Of a stretch of 64,000 nt of DNA, positions 1 through 10,217 are shown one piece after another. Location: assembly GCA_027492035.1 (NCBI GenBank), contig JAOZFT010000004.1, positions 384,001 to 448,000 of the forward strand, read 5' to 3'. The number at the start of each line of letters is the position of its first letter. Positions within the stretch are counted from its first letter, which is position 1. The notes under the pieces were generated by a model. That model searched no databases, was not told the DNA's origin, and worked only from the letters and a program-made list of their open reading frames with translations. The position numbers and the translations under genes were made by a program. Origin of the DNA: Thermoproteota archaeon (GTDB lineage: Archaea; Korarchaeota; JAOZGF01; JAOZFZ01).

Positions 1-1198
1 AAGCGGTTACCTAGATAAATTCATTGAGAAAATTTTGTTAAATGCGGAAAAAGTGAGAGAAATAGATGTAGCCTTAACAAAAGCTAAAAGAGAGAAAAAC
101 TGGGTTTACTACTGGCCTGTTTGTGAAAACTGTGGAAGAATCTATACTACATTCGCCTATAAAGTTTTGCCGAAGGAGAAAAAGGTTCTTTACAGATGCA
201 CAAATGAATTCAAAGGTGTAAAAGGTTGCGGTTATGAAGGAGAAGCTAGTTATGTTGAGGGAAATGGTAAATTAGCTTGGAAAAGTGAATTTGCGGCGCG
301 ATGGGCTGCTTTCAACATAGTTTTCGAGGCTAGGGGGAAAGATATAGAGGACTCCTTTATCGTAAATCAAAAGATAGCTGAGGAAATCTTAGGAATAGAG
401 CCTCCAAATTCGATAAGATATGAACTATTCCTTAGCAAATCCGGCCAAAAAATTTCTAAATCGATAGGTAATGTATTTACTCCACAAGTTTGGTTCAGGT
501 ACGGTTCCCCTGAATCTTTAAGGCTCATTATGTTTAAACGCTATCAAGGAACCAGGAAACTAGGGATTGAAGACATCCCAACTTACATGGATGAATTTGA
601 TGAATTAGAAGAACTGTATTTTAACCTTTCACAAATCAAAAATGAAAGAGAGAAGGTGAGAATAAAAAGACTTTATGAGTACACTAACCTTCTCAAACCT
701 CCCCCTAAACAAAGGGTCCACATTCCCTATTTGACAGGAGTAGAACTAATTGCCTCTATACCCAGTGGACTAAGTCAAAAAAATAAATTTAAATTGTTCC
801 TTCAATTAATTTCGTCACAATTCAATATAGAAATTTTTAGGCTTTATTCTAAAGAAAACCCTGAAATCAAAACTAGGTTCAATTTCTTCTTGAACTGGTA
901 TGAAGACCTTGTAAGGAAAGAAGTTCCTCCAAAGAAGTTAAGTGAAACCGAAATAAATTTCTTAAAGGACCTGCTTCAAAGAATCAATGAAAGGGTTTCA
1001 CCAGAAAAGGTTCAAGAGTTAATTTTTGAAATTGCACGTCAATACAGTTTACAAATTTCTAAAGCTTTTAAGGTTATCTACATAGTTCTAATAGGTCGAA
1101 ATAGGGGACCTAAAATAAGCACCTACGTTAAAGTTTTAGGAGTTAAGGATTTTATTGAAATCCTGAAAAAGAATCTTAAACTTTATGAAGCAGCTTGA
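1..1198 (+). CDS. lysS: Lysyl-tRNA synthetase, class I (5' part lies outside the window)
   Basis: CENCGRI, GKLAWKSEFAARW, KISKSIGN (KMSKS-like) and RGPKI motifs. The N-terminal HIGH region is absent, so the gene starts upstream of the window. Confidence 0.93.
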   Translation, partial: SGYLDKFIEKILLNAEKVREIDVALTKAKREKNWVYYWPVCENCGRIYTTFAYKVLPKEKKVLYRCTNEFKGVKGCGYEGEASYVEGNGKLAWKSEFAARWAAFNIVFEARGKDIEDSFIVNQKIAEEILGIEPPNSIRYELFLSKSGQKISKSIGNVFTPQVWFRYGSPESLRLIMFKRYQGTRKLGIEDIPTYMDEFDELEELYFNLSQIKNEREKVRIKRLYEYTNLLKPPPKQRVHIPYLTGVELIASIPSGLSQKNKFKLFLQLISSQFNIEIFRLYSKENPEIKTRFNFFLNWYEDLVRKEVPPKKLSETEINFLKDLLQRINERVSPEKVQELIFEIARQYSLQISKAFKVIYIVLIGRNRGPKISTYVKVLGVKDFIEILKKNLKLYEAA

Positions 1199-1791
1199 GT
1201 TTCTTCCTTTCCTAAAACAACTACCTTACGGATCTCAAACCTGTTCATCCTTGCTATCTTATCCACTTTCTTTCTTAACTCATTTATAAACGTGTCAGGT
1301 TCTTTTATGAAAAGCTGTGAAAAAACATCATTTATTGTTGAGTTTGAAACAAACTTTATTAATTCATCCTTCATCAGCATCCTAATAGCGTGTTTAATCG
1401 AGTTAATTACTCTCTTCTCTGTAAAAACCACCCCAAACATATGTAAAAAGTATCCATCTTTCGTTTTTGCCTTTATCTCAGCGTCTATTCTAGAAGTACC
1501 TCTCCTGACAAGGCTTTTAAGGTAAGCATTGGTTATGTATTCCTTGCTGAACTCTGTTTTAGCTTTACTGTCTAAAACATCTGTGATTTTGAAAATTATC
1601 TTTATTTGGTCGTGCTGGTAGTCCCCTGTTAATTCAAACAATGAGATCTCCACTCTTCTCCCTACAAGTTTCTCAGGTTTATCCGCTAAAGTTTCTCCTA
1701 TTTTCATATTTTTGAAAAGATTTTCAGGTGCGTAAATCTCATACCATTTCTTCAGTTTCCAAGTGTCAACTTTCCTTCTCCTGCCAGGCAT
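1183..1791 (-). CDS. rps3ae: 30S ribosomal protein S3Ae (eS1)
   Basis: DTWKLKKWYEIYAP, GRRVEISL, SLVRRGTSRID. Confidence 0.95.
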   Translation of the reverse strand: MPGRRRKVDTWKLKKWYEIYAPENLFKNMKIGETLADKPEKLVGRRVEISLFELTGDYQHDQIKIIFKITDVLDSKAKTEFSKEYITNAYLKSLVRRGTSRIDAEIKAKTKDGYFLHMFGVVFTEKRVINSIKHAIRMLMKDELIKFVSNSTINDVFSQLFIKEPDTFINELRKKVDKIARMNRFEIRKVVVLGKEETQAAS

Positions 1792-2009
1792 TACTCCACC
1801 AACTCCTCCTTCTCTCTTAATGAAGTAAAGAAGTTATTTAAGAAAGTTATTGTTTCAGGTTCAATTTTTAGAAAATAAAGGTTTATTTCTGCGAATTCGG
1901 AAGTTTCCGAAAAATTTATTTCTATACCTTTAATCTTCTCTATATCAACCTTCTTCATCCGCTCTCCGCGTGGTAGAATTAACTTCACCCTTACCTTTCC
2001 TTTAACCAA
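1791..2009 (-). CDS. Small protein, probable KEOPS subunit Pcc1
   Basis: 72 aa, in the conserved rps15-DHH-pcc1-rps3ae position. Sequence similarity is weak. Confidence 0.5.
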   Translation of the reverse strand: MVKGKVRVKLILPRGERMKKVDIEKIKGIEINFSETSEFAEINLYFLKIEPETITFLNNFFTSLREKEELVE

Positions 2010-2027
2010 TTCTCTTTCCTCTTTTCC

Positions 2028-3434
2028 TTAAAAATGTTGGAATTGATTTATTTCCTTCATTAATTCGTTTAAAAAGATACCTATTTTCTCTTTCTTTATT
2101 TCTGCTCCTGCTGCTTTCCTGTGACCTCCTCCAAAGCAACTTATCTTTTTAGTAATTTCTCTCACAACTTTCCCGAGCTCCAATTTTTCTAGTTCAGGTT
2201 TAGCCCTAATTGAAACTTTATATGTTTCGTTATTCATTTCAGCTATACCTATTACAACTCCCTTATCCTTTAGGGAAGTTAAAAGAATGGATGAAACTGT
2301 GCCTATCATTGTATCCTTTATATTAGCTTGAGGTTTAATGACTGCTATTCCGTTTCTAGAATCCACTAATTTGCTATTTTTTAATTTGTTTAAGTAACCA
2401 GCTAATTCCTTCCTGTATTTAACCATTAACTTGTCTGCTTCCTCTAATACCTCCCTTTTTCTACTTAAACCAAGTAAAACCCCTATCTCAGGCTTGCCTA
2501 ATCTTCCACATCCATTCAAAATGGTTGAAAACTCCCTTGCATCCTTAAGTCTCTCTTCTTTCTCCACTAAATTTATGTAGTGGGTAGCTATTATATCTAA
2601 AGGTTTTGAAGGAGTTTCTCCTTCAGCAATCCTCCTTATTATCTCTTCAGTTAATTTTTTCTTTTCTTCAGCAGTTAAGTCCACTAACCTTCTCCAATTA
2701 CCCTCTTCATCTTTTAATCTGATCCCCAGCTTTTTTAATAAAGCCACAGCTTCTGTCTCATCTCCGGAAACACCAGGAATATAAGGGTGGAAAGTATATT
2801 CTAAAGACTTGTGCAAGGGTCGAGAGTATCTTCCGAATAGATTTAAATCCAGCTCTTCTTTTATTTTTCTGGTTTTTTCTCCTTGGCGTACAATTTCCCT
2901 GTTTAAACCGATTAAACTGTTTCTTTCTCCCTTATCCTGCCTGTCCCCTACTGCTCCAACCACTACTAGCCATTCATTACTGTTTTCAGGGGGAAGTAAT
3001 TCTTTTATTACAAAGTAAGTAACTCCTACTCCACTTATCTCCTTTTCTCCGTCTATTCCAAAAAAATGAGGATTCACTTGCCTAATTTTTTCACTTTCTT
3101 TTTCAGGAAGGTGGTGGTCTAAAACAAAAACTTTTTTCCCCTTAAGTCTCTCCTCTAATTGACTTATCTGTCCACTTCCTAAATCGGTGAAAATATATGT
3201 TTCGTATTTTTCCTTTGTAAGGGCACCTATTACTTCAATGCTTAACTGCTTCACAATTGAAAGGTGGAAGTCGGCTTTCTTATTAAGTAATGCATGAGAT
3301 AGTATACAAGCAGATGATAAACCGTCTGAATCTAGATGAGATACACACCTTACCATCTTCCCTTCTTCTATTTCCTCCTCTATCTCCTTTCTTACATCCC
3401 TAGAAAGAACTATGAAGTTTTTTCTATCGCTCAA
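2028..3434 (-). CDS. DHH-family phosphoesterase (RecJ/GAN/Cdc45-like)
   Basis: HLDSDG, DLGSG, LDHH and C-terminal GGGHRKAAGA motifs. Confidence 0.92.
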   Translation of the reverse strand: MSDRKNFIVLSRDVRKEIEEEIEEGKMVRCVSHLDSDGLSSACILSHALLNKKADFHLSIVKQLSIEVIGALTKEKYETYIFTDLGSGQISQLEERLKGKKVFVLDHHLPEKESEKIRQVNPHFFGIDGEKEISGVGVTYFVIKELLPPENSNEWLVVVGAVGDRQDKGERNSLIGLNREIVRQGEKTRKIKEELDLNLFGRYSRPLHKSLEYTFHPYIPGVSGDETEAVALLKKLGIRLKDEEGNWRRLVDLTAEEKKKLTEEIIRRIAEGETPSKPLDIIATHYINLVEKEERLKDAREFSTILNGCGRLGKPEIGVLLGLSRKREVLEEADKLMVKYRKELAGYLNKLKNSKLVDSRNGIAVIKPQANIKDTMIGTVSSILLTSLKDKGVVIGIAEMNNETYKVSIRAKPELEKLELGKVVREITKKISCFGGGHRKAAGAEIKKEKIGIFLNELMKEINQFQHF

Positions 3435-3901
3435 ATACGTGACACCATGACTGAAGCCTGCTCTCGGCTGTATCTCCAGTTAGCAGGTAGCACTCCTCTT
3501 CTTTTATAGTACTTGGCAAGTCTCTGTATTTTTGACTCTACAAGTTGAAGTCCCCTTTTGTTATGTAAGTCTTTCCTGTGCTTTTTTAAGTGGTCGTTTA
3601 AATGTACAGCTTTCTTTAATAGATTCATTAAGTCCTCCGGGATTTGAGGTGCTAAATTTTTCTCTTCCAGCACCTTTTTCAATTTCTTTCCATAAATAGC
3701 TCTAACTAAAGGCACACCATACTTGTCCCTAAGTATCAAGCCTATCTTGCTTGGGGGAGTGCCTTTTTTAGCAAGTTCTGTTATGATTTGGTCAATTTCC
3801 TCCTTTATGCCAGGTCTATCTTTTAACCATTTAGGTAAAGCAATATTTACTGGTCTTGTTGAATGAGATTTACCCTTCCTTCTTATATGCATCCTAGCCA
3901 T
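3431..3901 (-). CDS. rps15: 30S ribosomal protein S15 (uS15)
   Basis: MARMH..GKSHSTRP, IPEDLMNL, ESKIQRLAKYYK. Confidence 0.97.
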   Translation of the reverse strand: MARMHIRRKGKSHSTRPVNIALPKWLKDRPGIKEEIDQIITELAKKGTPPSKIGLILRDKYGVPLVRAIYGKKLKKVLEEKNLAPQIPEDLMNLLKKAVHLNDHLKKHRKDLHNKRGLQLVESKIQRLAKYYKRRGVLPANWRYSREQASVMVSRI

Positions 3902-3964
3902 TTCTAATTTACCTCCTTGTCCCTCCGTTTAAACCTAACTTTAAGGGTGAAAAACGGAATTTTT

Positions 3965-4564
3965 TTAACTTCCCCTCTTCAGGTTTCTTTCTTCTCTTAA
4001 CCATTCAGCAAGTTTCCTTGCAGCTCTTCCTCGGTGGGAAAAAATATTCTTTTCATGTGTTGTCATTTCTCCATATGTTTTATCGGATTTTAAGGGTTTA
4101 AAAATGGGGTCGTAACCCCATCCTTTCCCTCTTATTTTAGTTGTTATTTCACCCTCCACTACCCCTTTAAAAAGCTTTATTTTAATTTGTTGATCCCAGT
4201 ACCCGATCACGGTAACGAATTTACTTCTCCTATTCTCTTTATTTTTTAACAACTTAAGTATTCCTTTTAAACCTATCTTCTGGAATACAAAGGATGCATA
4301 TGGGCCTGGGAAACCATTTAAACCTTCTATAAATAAACCTGTATCTTCTAGAAACCCAGGTTCCGGATGTTTCATCCTTGCTACTGCTACACAGTATTCA
4401 ACTATCTCTTCCAATTTTTCACTTTGAATTTCTTTTGGTTTTTCATTTATTTTGATAAGTTCTATACCGTAAGGAGCTAATACTTGCTTTATTTCAATAA
4501 ATTTCCCGTAGTTACTGGTGAAAAAATTTATTTTGTACGTTTTTGATATCTTCCCCGCCTCCAT
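3965..4564 (-). CDS. rdgB: Non-canonical purine NTP pyrophosphatase (Ham1/RdgB)
   Basis: TSNYGK, EDTGLFIEGLNGFPGPY, GWGYDPIF, SHRGRA. Confidence 0.93.
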   Translation of the reverse strand: MEAGKISKTYKINFFTSNYGKFIEIKQVLAPYGIELIKINEKPKEIQSEKLEEIVEYCVAVARMKHPEPGFLEDTGLFIEGLNGFPGPYASFVFQKIGLKGILKLLKNKENRRSKFVTVIGYWDQQIKIKLFKGVVEGEITTKIRGKGWGYDPIFKPLKSDKTYGEMTTHEKNIFSHRGRAARKLAEWLREERNLKRGS

Positions 4565-6171
4565 ATTTTCTCCATTCCAAAAATGACTTTATCACCTTTT
4601 TTAAAACTCTTTTTATAACTTCCCATTATCTCTTTAAATGTTTCTTCAGAAATTTTCCAGTGGTTATTTTCCAAAGATTTCTTTAAAACAAAGAGGTCGG
4701 TTGAGAAATCCTCAATGTTGTTTGAGTGTTTACCTAAACCGAAATCTATCATAAAAATCGTTCCATTTTGCAAGATTACATTAGATGTAGTTAAATCACC
4801 ATGAATTAACCCTTTACTGTGAAGTTTAGCAACGTATTCCCCTAATTTTTTTGAAACTTTAGCTCTGGCTGTCCTATTTAACTGTTCTAAAACTTTACTT
4901 AGGGGAGGTCCCTCCAGATACTCCATTGTTAAAGTGCATCTCCTCAAATCTACGTCGTAAATGGTTGGTGTATGTATACCTAGAAGTTTGGCCTTATGGA
5001 GCAGAATGGCTTCTTCACGTGTCCTTGCTTTTCTCAGTTTCGCATCTAATGCTGAGTCTCTGTAATCTTTCTTCAACCTAACCTTCTTTATTGCTTCTAA
5101 ACCGAGCCATTTAGTCCGGTAAATAACCGCTTCTGCACCTACATCTATTATTTCTCCCTTTTTCTTTTTAAGCTGTGTTTCTCTTTCATTGCTCCACTTT
5201 ATTTCCACCTGATCTACTCTCCATTTTTGTTTTATTCTGCTTTTATCTAAGGTTATCCCCCCAGAAAATAAATATTTTAGTATTCCTGTCCAAGCTATCA
5301 TGGCGCCGTTGTCGACGCAATACTCTCTTTTCGGGACAAAGAAGCTGATTTCCCGTGCTTCACACATTTCTTTCAACATTTTCTGTAACCTTCTTGCTGA
5401 AGCTACTCCTCCGGTTAAGAGAAGTTCCTCCTTTTTTGTGTATGCTAATGCTCTTTCAGAAGCTTCTGTAACCATTGCGAAGCAGTTATGTTCGAAAGAG
5501 AAACATACATCGTGAACTTTTTCGCCATTCTTTATTTTTCTCTCAGCTTCTGTTAATAAACCGCTAAAGCTGAAATCCATCCCTTTTACAACATAAGGAA
5601 GATCAATCCATTTTCCTTTTTCTGCTAATTCATCTATCTTTGGCCCTGCTGGAAATTCTAGTCCTAAAATCCTGCCTAAACTGTCTATGGCATTCCCTAA
5701 AGCCACATCCAAAGTTTCACCAAAAACTTTGTATTTCCTTTCACTACAAGCTATTATTTGAGTGTTCCCTCCCGACACATAAACTATTAAAGGGTCTACG
5801 GCTCCAGTAGTTAACTTACCTATCTCTATGTGCGCTACTGCATGATTAACTCCAACTAGCGGCTTCTTTAGATTAGAGGCTAATGTCCTAGCAGCTATTG
5901 CCCCTATTCTTAAGCAGGGAGGAAGTCCTGGTCCCTGTGAAAATGCTATTAGGTCAATATCTTCAATTCCTTTCTTACTTACTTGCAAAGCTTTTTGCAG
6001 TAAAATTTTTAAATTTAACAAATGATTTTCAGCAGCTTTCCTGGGATGGATCCCCTCTCCCCTATAAGAAGTTTTCACATTTGCAAGTATTTTTCCTTGG
6101 GAGGACACTACCCCTATCCCTAGAGTGTGGGCAGTTGACTCTATACCTAGACAAGTTATTTCAGGTTTCAT
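4528..6171 (-). CDS. kae1: Fused Kae1 (t6A threonylcarbamoyltransferase)-Bud32 kinase
   Basis: GIESTAHT, HAVAHIE, VSGGNT, DNGAMIA, followed by kinase motifs GAEA, HGDLTTSN, IDFGL. Confidence 0.95.
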   Translation of the reverse strand: MKPEITCLGIESTAHTLGIGVVSSQGKILANVKTSYRGEGIHPRKAAENHLLNLKILLQKALQVSKKGIEDIDLIAFSQGPGLPPCLRIGAIAARTLASNLKKPLVGVNHAVAHIEIGKLTTGAVDPLIVYVSGGNTQIIACSERKYKVFGETLDVALGNAIDSLGRILGLEFPAGPKIDELAEKGKWIDLPYVVKGMDFSFSGLLTEAERKIKNGEKVHDVCFSFEHNCFAMVTEASERALAYTKKEELLLTGGVASARRLQKMLKEMCEAREISFFVPKREYCVDNGAMIAWTGILKYLFSGGITLDKSRIKQKWRVDQVEIKWSNERETQLKKKKGEIIDVGAEAVIYRTKWLGLEAIKKVRLKKDYRDSALDAKLRKARTREEAILLHKAKLLGIHTPTIYDVDLRRCTLTMEYLEGPPLSKVLEQLNRTARAKVSKKLGEYVAKLHSKGLIHGDLTTSNVILQNGTIFMIDFGLGKHSNNIEDFSTDLFVLKKSLENNHWKISEETFKEIMGSYKKSFKKGDKVIFGMEKIWRRGRYQKRTK

Positions 6172-6815
6172 TCTGCATCCTCTTTGTTTAAAACCTTAAG
6201 AATATCCTCCTTCTTTATTATCCCCTCTCGAATAACTTTTATCTCTCCCTTTGTTAAATCTACCACTGTAGATGGTTTCTTAATTTTTGTTTCGCCTCCA
6301 TCAAGGATTAAACTTACCTCCCCCTTCAACATTTTAAATGCTGAATACGCGTCAGTGGGTGGAGGTTGTCCTGTGATGTTTGCACTTGTAATAATTAAGG
6401 GGGTTTTGGTCTTCTTTATTAAAAACAATGGAATCCAGTGATTAGGCACCCTCAAAGCGATGTTTGAAGGGTTCACGACATCTGGCACATTTTTCTTTTT
6501 CTTTACAATTATTGTGAGGGGACCTGGTTGAAACCTTCTGAAGAGGGTTTTTGCGGTTTCAGTTAAGTAAGAATACTTTTCAGCCATTTCCATGTTCAAA
6601 ACTCCTATTGGCAACCATTTATTCCTTGGTCTTTTCTTTACTTCATATATTTTCTCTACAGCTTCCTCATTTATGGCGTTTACACCTAAGCCGTACACTG
6701 TATCCGTAGGGAAAACTATTGGTTCCCCTTTTTTCAATAATTTAACAGCGTAATTTAATATCTTTTCATCCCTGCTTCCTACCCAGGCAACTATGGTGTC
6801 AATCCCCTTTTCCAT
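6168..6815 (-). CDS. sua5: Threonylcarbamoyl-AMP synthase (TsaC/Sua5 YrdC domain)
   Basis: FPTDTVYGLG, KKRP, PGPLT, TSANITG. Confidence 0.93.
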   Translation of the reverse strand: MEKGIDTIVAWVGSRDEKILNYAVKLLKKGEPIVFPTDTVYGLGVNAINEEAVEKIYEVKKRPRNKWLPIGVLNMEMAEKYSYLTETAKTLFRRFQPGPLTIIVKKKKNVPDVVNPSNIALRVPNHWIPLFLIKKTKTPLIITSANITGQPPPTDAYSAFKMLKGEVSLILDGGETKIKKPSTVVDLTKGEIKVIREGIIKKEDILKVLNKEDAE

Positions 6816-6965
6816 TCTTTTCTCCCTTTTATGTAAAGAAGGAAAATATATAACCTTTCTTTGCTTTGGAGAAATACAAAGGAAAAAGTTTAAATAATTT
6901 ATTTCGTAAAGAAAGAGAAGTTATGGCAATGATTCTCTTACATATAAGGAGAAAGGGGTTTCTTA

Positions 6966-7127
6966 ATGGGTAAACATGAAAGTAAGGCATGGAAATTTTA
7001 TAAAATTAAAAATGGTGAAATAGTGAGAAGGAAACCGAAATGTCCCAGGTGTGGTTCCTTTATGGCTGAACATAAAAACCGTAGGCACTGTGGAAAATGC
7101 GGCTATACAGAATTCACTGTTTCTTAG
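6966..7127 (+). CDS. rps27ae: 30S ribosomal protein S27ae (eS31), 53 aa, not in the ORF track
   Basis: Manual translation: MGKHESKAWKFYKIKNGEIVRRKPKCPRCGSFMAEHKNRRHCGKCGYTEFTVS*. Confidence 0.95.
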   Translation: MGKHESKAWKFYKIKNGEIVRRKPKCPRCGSFMAEHKNRRHCGKCGYTEFTVS

Positions 7128-7407
7128 GAGGAGCCTCGTTTCTTTTAATTATATGCTTCTTCTCTATCTTTAATGCATCCTCTGCGGAGTTATATACATG
7201 GGCTAACGCTTTTGTTTCATGTTTGCCATATTCTGTTCTCATTTTCACAATGTATACTTGCTTAATGTCTTTTTTCAATGTTTCAGAAAGCTTAACTCTA
7301 GTTTCTTGTCTCTTTGGAGTACCTCCTCCGGGGTGGTAGATAGTCACATAAATTGTTTCTCTCTTCAGCAAAGGCTCCTCTTTCCTATCCTTTATTTCTA
7401 GTTTCAA
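7114..7407 (-). CDS. rps24e: 30S ribosomal protein S24e
   Basis: EPLLKR, HPGGGTPKR, TEYG, HIIKRN. Confidence 0.93.
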   Translation of the reverse strand: MKLEIKDRKEEPLLKRETIYVTIYHPGGGTPKRQETRVKLSETLKKDIKQVYIVKMRTEYGKHETKALAHVYNSAEDALKIEKKHIIKRNEAPPKKQ

Positions 7408-7414
7408 ACTGGTT

Positions 7415-7609
7415 TCACCTCACATGGATAGCGTAACACCCTGGAAATTTAATGTTTAACTGTTTAGCAGTTTCAGAATCTTCGATAGAAATCACAGCTA
7501 TAATTCCACTCCAGTTGTCAGTTAAGTCTGTCTTTCCACAATTAGGGCACCTATTGCCATTTATTAATGCATGGCAAGTACGGCAGGCTTTATATCTTGG
7601 CATTTTCAC
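7415..7609 (-). CDS. spt4: Transcription elongation factor Spt4 (RpoE'')
   Basis: KACRTCH..CPNCG..WSG..PGCYA, directly downstream of rpoE'. Confidence 0.93.
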   Translation of the reverse strand: MKMPRYKACRTCHALINGNRCPNCGKTDLTDNWSGIIAVISIEDSETAKQLNIKFPGCYAIHVR

Positions 7610-8153
7610 TCTCCTCTTTCAACCAGTCAAGTTTACCTAAACCAGGTTGTCTCATTGTTAAGGCAACTTTTTGTTTGCTTAAGGTCATTAAACCTTTCAA
7701 TTTACCCACTGAAACAACTCTTACTCTCACGTTGTCTCCCATTTCAACTATTCTTCCTTTCTCTCTACCTATTAATGCTCCTCTGACTTTATCATAGTCC
7801 ACATAATCGTCCATTACCTGGCTTACATGTATTAACCCTTCTAAGGGCCCTACTCTCACGAAGACACCGAACTGCGTCACTTCAGTTACTTTACCATTTA
7901 TTACTTCCTGAACCTCCGGTATAAAGCTTAGGATCCTAAATTTAACAGGATGTATTGTTGAAGGGTTTCTTTTAACTATTTTGCCAAGTCCTACTTCCTC
8001 TATGCTAATTACGGCTATTACGTAACCTAACTTGTCATCAATCGAGTCTTCATAGATGGATTTCAAAACTTCTAAAGCTGCTTTTTCCAGTTTCATGCCG
8101 AAAAATTTAGGAGGTATTTCCACATAATCTTTTATGGTAAAAAGCTTAAACAA
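7590..8153 (-). CDS. rpoE: RNA polymerase subunit E' (Rpo7)
   Basis: S1 domain FGVFVRVGPLEGLIHVSQ and LTMRQPGLGK. Confidence 0.95.
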   Translation of the reverse strand: MFKLFTIKDYVEIPPKFFGMKLEKAALEVLKSIYEDSIDDKLGYVIAVISIEEVGLGKIVKRNPSTIHPVKFRILSFIPEVQEVINGKVTEVTQFGVFVRVGPLEGLIHVSQVMDDYVDYDKVRGALIGREKGRIVEMGDNVRVRVVSVGKLKGLMTLSKQKVALTMRQPGLGKLDWLKEESENAKI

Positions 8154-8155
8154 AC

Positions 8156-8593
8156 TTATTCACCACAGTCAAGTTCAAGGTGGTCTCCTTCCCTAATAAA
8201 AATGGTTCTAAGATTTTTCTTTTTCAGTTTTTTCCTCAGCTCTTTGTCATTGGTTGCAACTATCCCCTTTAACTTTTCAGCTGCGTAAATTAATGAGTCA
8301 TCAGCTTTCCTTACATTTTCAACTCTAACTATTTCACATCTAGTTTTTACATACTCTAATCCTGCTTTAAATTTTTTCTTTTTCATCACTGTCCCCTTCG
8401 ATGACGCGATTCCCTCTAATTCCTTCAAAACTTGTTCTGTAACGATTAATGTATAAGTGTCATTTAATACTCTGCTTATCTCTTCTTCAAAAGGTATTCT
8501 AGGTCTCTCAAACATTGATAAAACAAAGTTAGTGTCCAGGAGAACTCTTTTCATACCTAACCCTTTATCCTTCCATACCCGATTAATCTCCAC
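8156..8593 (-). CDS. PIN-domain protein (Fcf1/Utp24-like)
   Basis: VLLDTNF, ADD, VATND. Conserved position between eif2g and rpoE'. True start is probably MKRVLLD. Confidence 0.88.
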   Translation of the reverse strand: MEINRVWKDKGLGMKRVLLDTNFVLSMFERPRIPFEEEISRVLNDTYTLIVTEQVLKELEGIASSKGTVMKKKKFKAGLEYVKTRCEIVRVENVRKADDSLIYAAEKLKGIVATNDKELRKKLKKKNLRTIFIREGDHLELDCGE

Positions 8594-9792
8594 CTTCCCT
8601 TAACTTTTCTTCCTAAAGCAACTCTCTGTCCTATTTCTGCACAAACAGGTGAAACAAGTTTCATTTTTACATATTTCTTTTTCTTTTCTACAACTCTTCC
8701 CAATGTAGCAGAGGTTCCAACTGTTAACATGAGATTTTCATTTAGTTCTATAGATTTCACTTCAACCTTCTCCGCTAAACCAACTATCTCCCTGAATAAT
8801 TCGGTATCTATCTCTATTTCAAACCAGACAGGTGGTAACTTATTTTTTCTCCCTACAACATTACCCATTAAGTTATCTGCCTTAGTTAATGAAGGATCTA
8901 AACTTGTTTGAAAAGCTATTAATCCGCCAGGTTTAGCTTCAGTTATTTCTTCTCTTTCACTTCTTATTTTCCGTATAACTGAGTGGAGTACCGTGTATTT
9001 ACCTGAAATCTCTATGCCAGGTTTTATCTCTATTTCATCTCCAATTTTGAACCTTCCCCTTACAACGGATCCCCCAATAACTCCTCCCTGAAGTTTTTCT
9101 GGAGTCGTTCCGGGTTTGTTTATGTCGAAAGACCTTGCAATATAGAGAAGAGGATCTAAACTTAAGTCTCTTTCAGGTGTAGGAATAACTCTCTCTATAT
9201 GCTGGATAAGAACGTCTAGATTTGCTTTATGTAAAGCAGAAACAGGTATTATTGGAACATTTCCCAAATTGTTGTTTTCAAGAAATTGCTTTATCTCTTT
9301 AAAGTTTTCTACTGCTTCTTCATCATCTACTAACTCTATTTTATTCTGTACAACCACTATGTTTTTTATCCCTGAAATGAGTAGGGCTGCTAAGTGTTCT
9401 CGTGTCTGGGGTTGAGGACATGGTTCATCTGCAGCTATCACCAATATTGCACCATCCATTATTGTTGCACCTGCTAACATCACAGCCATTAAGCTTTCAT
9501 GGCCTGGACAGTCAACAAAAGAAACCTTCCTTAAAACTTGCGTTTCTGAACCGCAGATTGGGCATTTCTTCTTAACAGTGTATGCTTGAGGTTCAGGACA
9601 GTTGGGACATTTTCTGAAAGTTGCGTTAGCATATCCAAGCTTAATCGTTATCCCCCTTTTCAATTCTTCACTATGGGTAGCTGGCCATTTTCCAGTTAAG
9701 GCTTCAACTAACGTGGATTTACCATGATCTACATGACCTGTCAATCCTATGTTCACTTCAGGTTGTCCATGTTCTCTTCTTTCTTTATTCAC
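8557..9792 (-). CDS. eif2g: Translation initiation factor 2 gamma subunit
   Basis: GHVDHGKS, RGITIKLGYA, DCPGHE, QNKIE. Confidence 0.97.
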   Translation of the reverse strand: MNKERREHGQPEVNIGLTGHVDHGKSTLVEALTGKWPATHSEELKRGITIKLGYANATFRKCPNCPEPQAYTVKKKCPICGSETQVLRKVSFVDCPGHESLMAVMLAGATIMDGAILVIAADEPCPQPQTREHLAALLISGIKNIVVVQNKIELVDDEEAVENFKEIKQFLENNNLGNVPIIPVSALHKANLDVLIQHIERVIPTPERDLSLDPLLYIARSFDINKPGTTPEKLQGGVIGGSVVRGRFKIGDEIEIKPGIEISGKYTVLHSVIRKIRSEREEITEAKPGGLIAFQTSLDPSLTKADNLMGNVVGRKNKLPPVWFEIEIDTELFREIVGLAEKVEVKSIELNENLMLTVGTSATLGRVVEKKKKYVKMKLVSPVCAEIGQRVALGRKVKGRWRLIGYGRIKG

Positions 9793-9798
9793 AACAAC

Positions 9799-10215
9799 CT
9801 ACTCTCCCTTCTTCTTCCCCTTTTCTTCAAAAAATTTTGTGAACAGAGATTCAAACCCTTTCCTGTCCCTCTTTTCAATTATTTTAACATTGATTTGTTG
9901 AACATCCTCGCTTATAACGTCTCCCCTTACAGTTTTTTTCTTTCGGTGTCCTTTCTCCCTTGGCCTAAATCCAGGCCCGGAGGCTAACAGAATCCTCTTT
10001 CTTCCAGGTCCATGTATGTCTCCCCTCATCGGGAAGCCATCTCTATCTGTGCCCCCTGTTATTTGAAGCATGGAGTCCGGTAAACCTAATTCTGTGCCCC
10101 TTATCTGGTCTCCTATCCTCTTCCCGATTAAGTTTTTCGCTTTCATGTCTGAAATTTTTTTCTGGATAGCCTTCCTGGTTTCAGGGTCTGAAATAACAAG
10201 TGTAAATTCAACCAT
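9799..10215 (-). CDS. rps6e: 30S ribosomal protein S6e
   Basis: ITGGTDRDGFPM, KKTVRG. Confidence 0.95.
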   Translation of the reverse strand: MVEFTLVISDPETRKAIQKKISDMKAKNLIGKRIGDQIRGTELGLPDSMLQITGGTDRDGFPMRGDIHGPGRKRILLASGPGFRPREKGHRKKKTVRGDVISEDVQQINVKIIEKRDRKGFESLFTKFFEEKGKKKGE

Positions 10216-10217
10216 TT

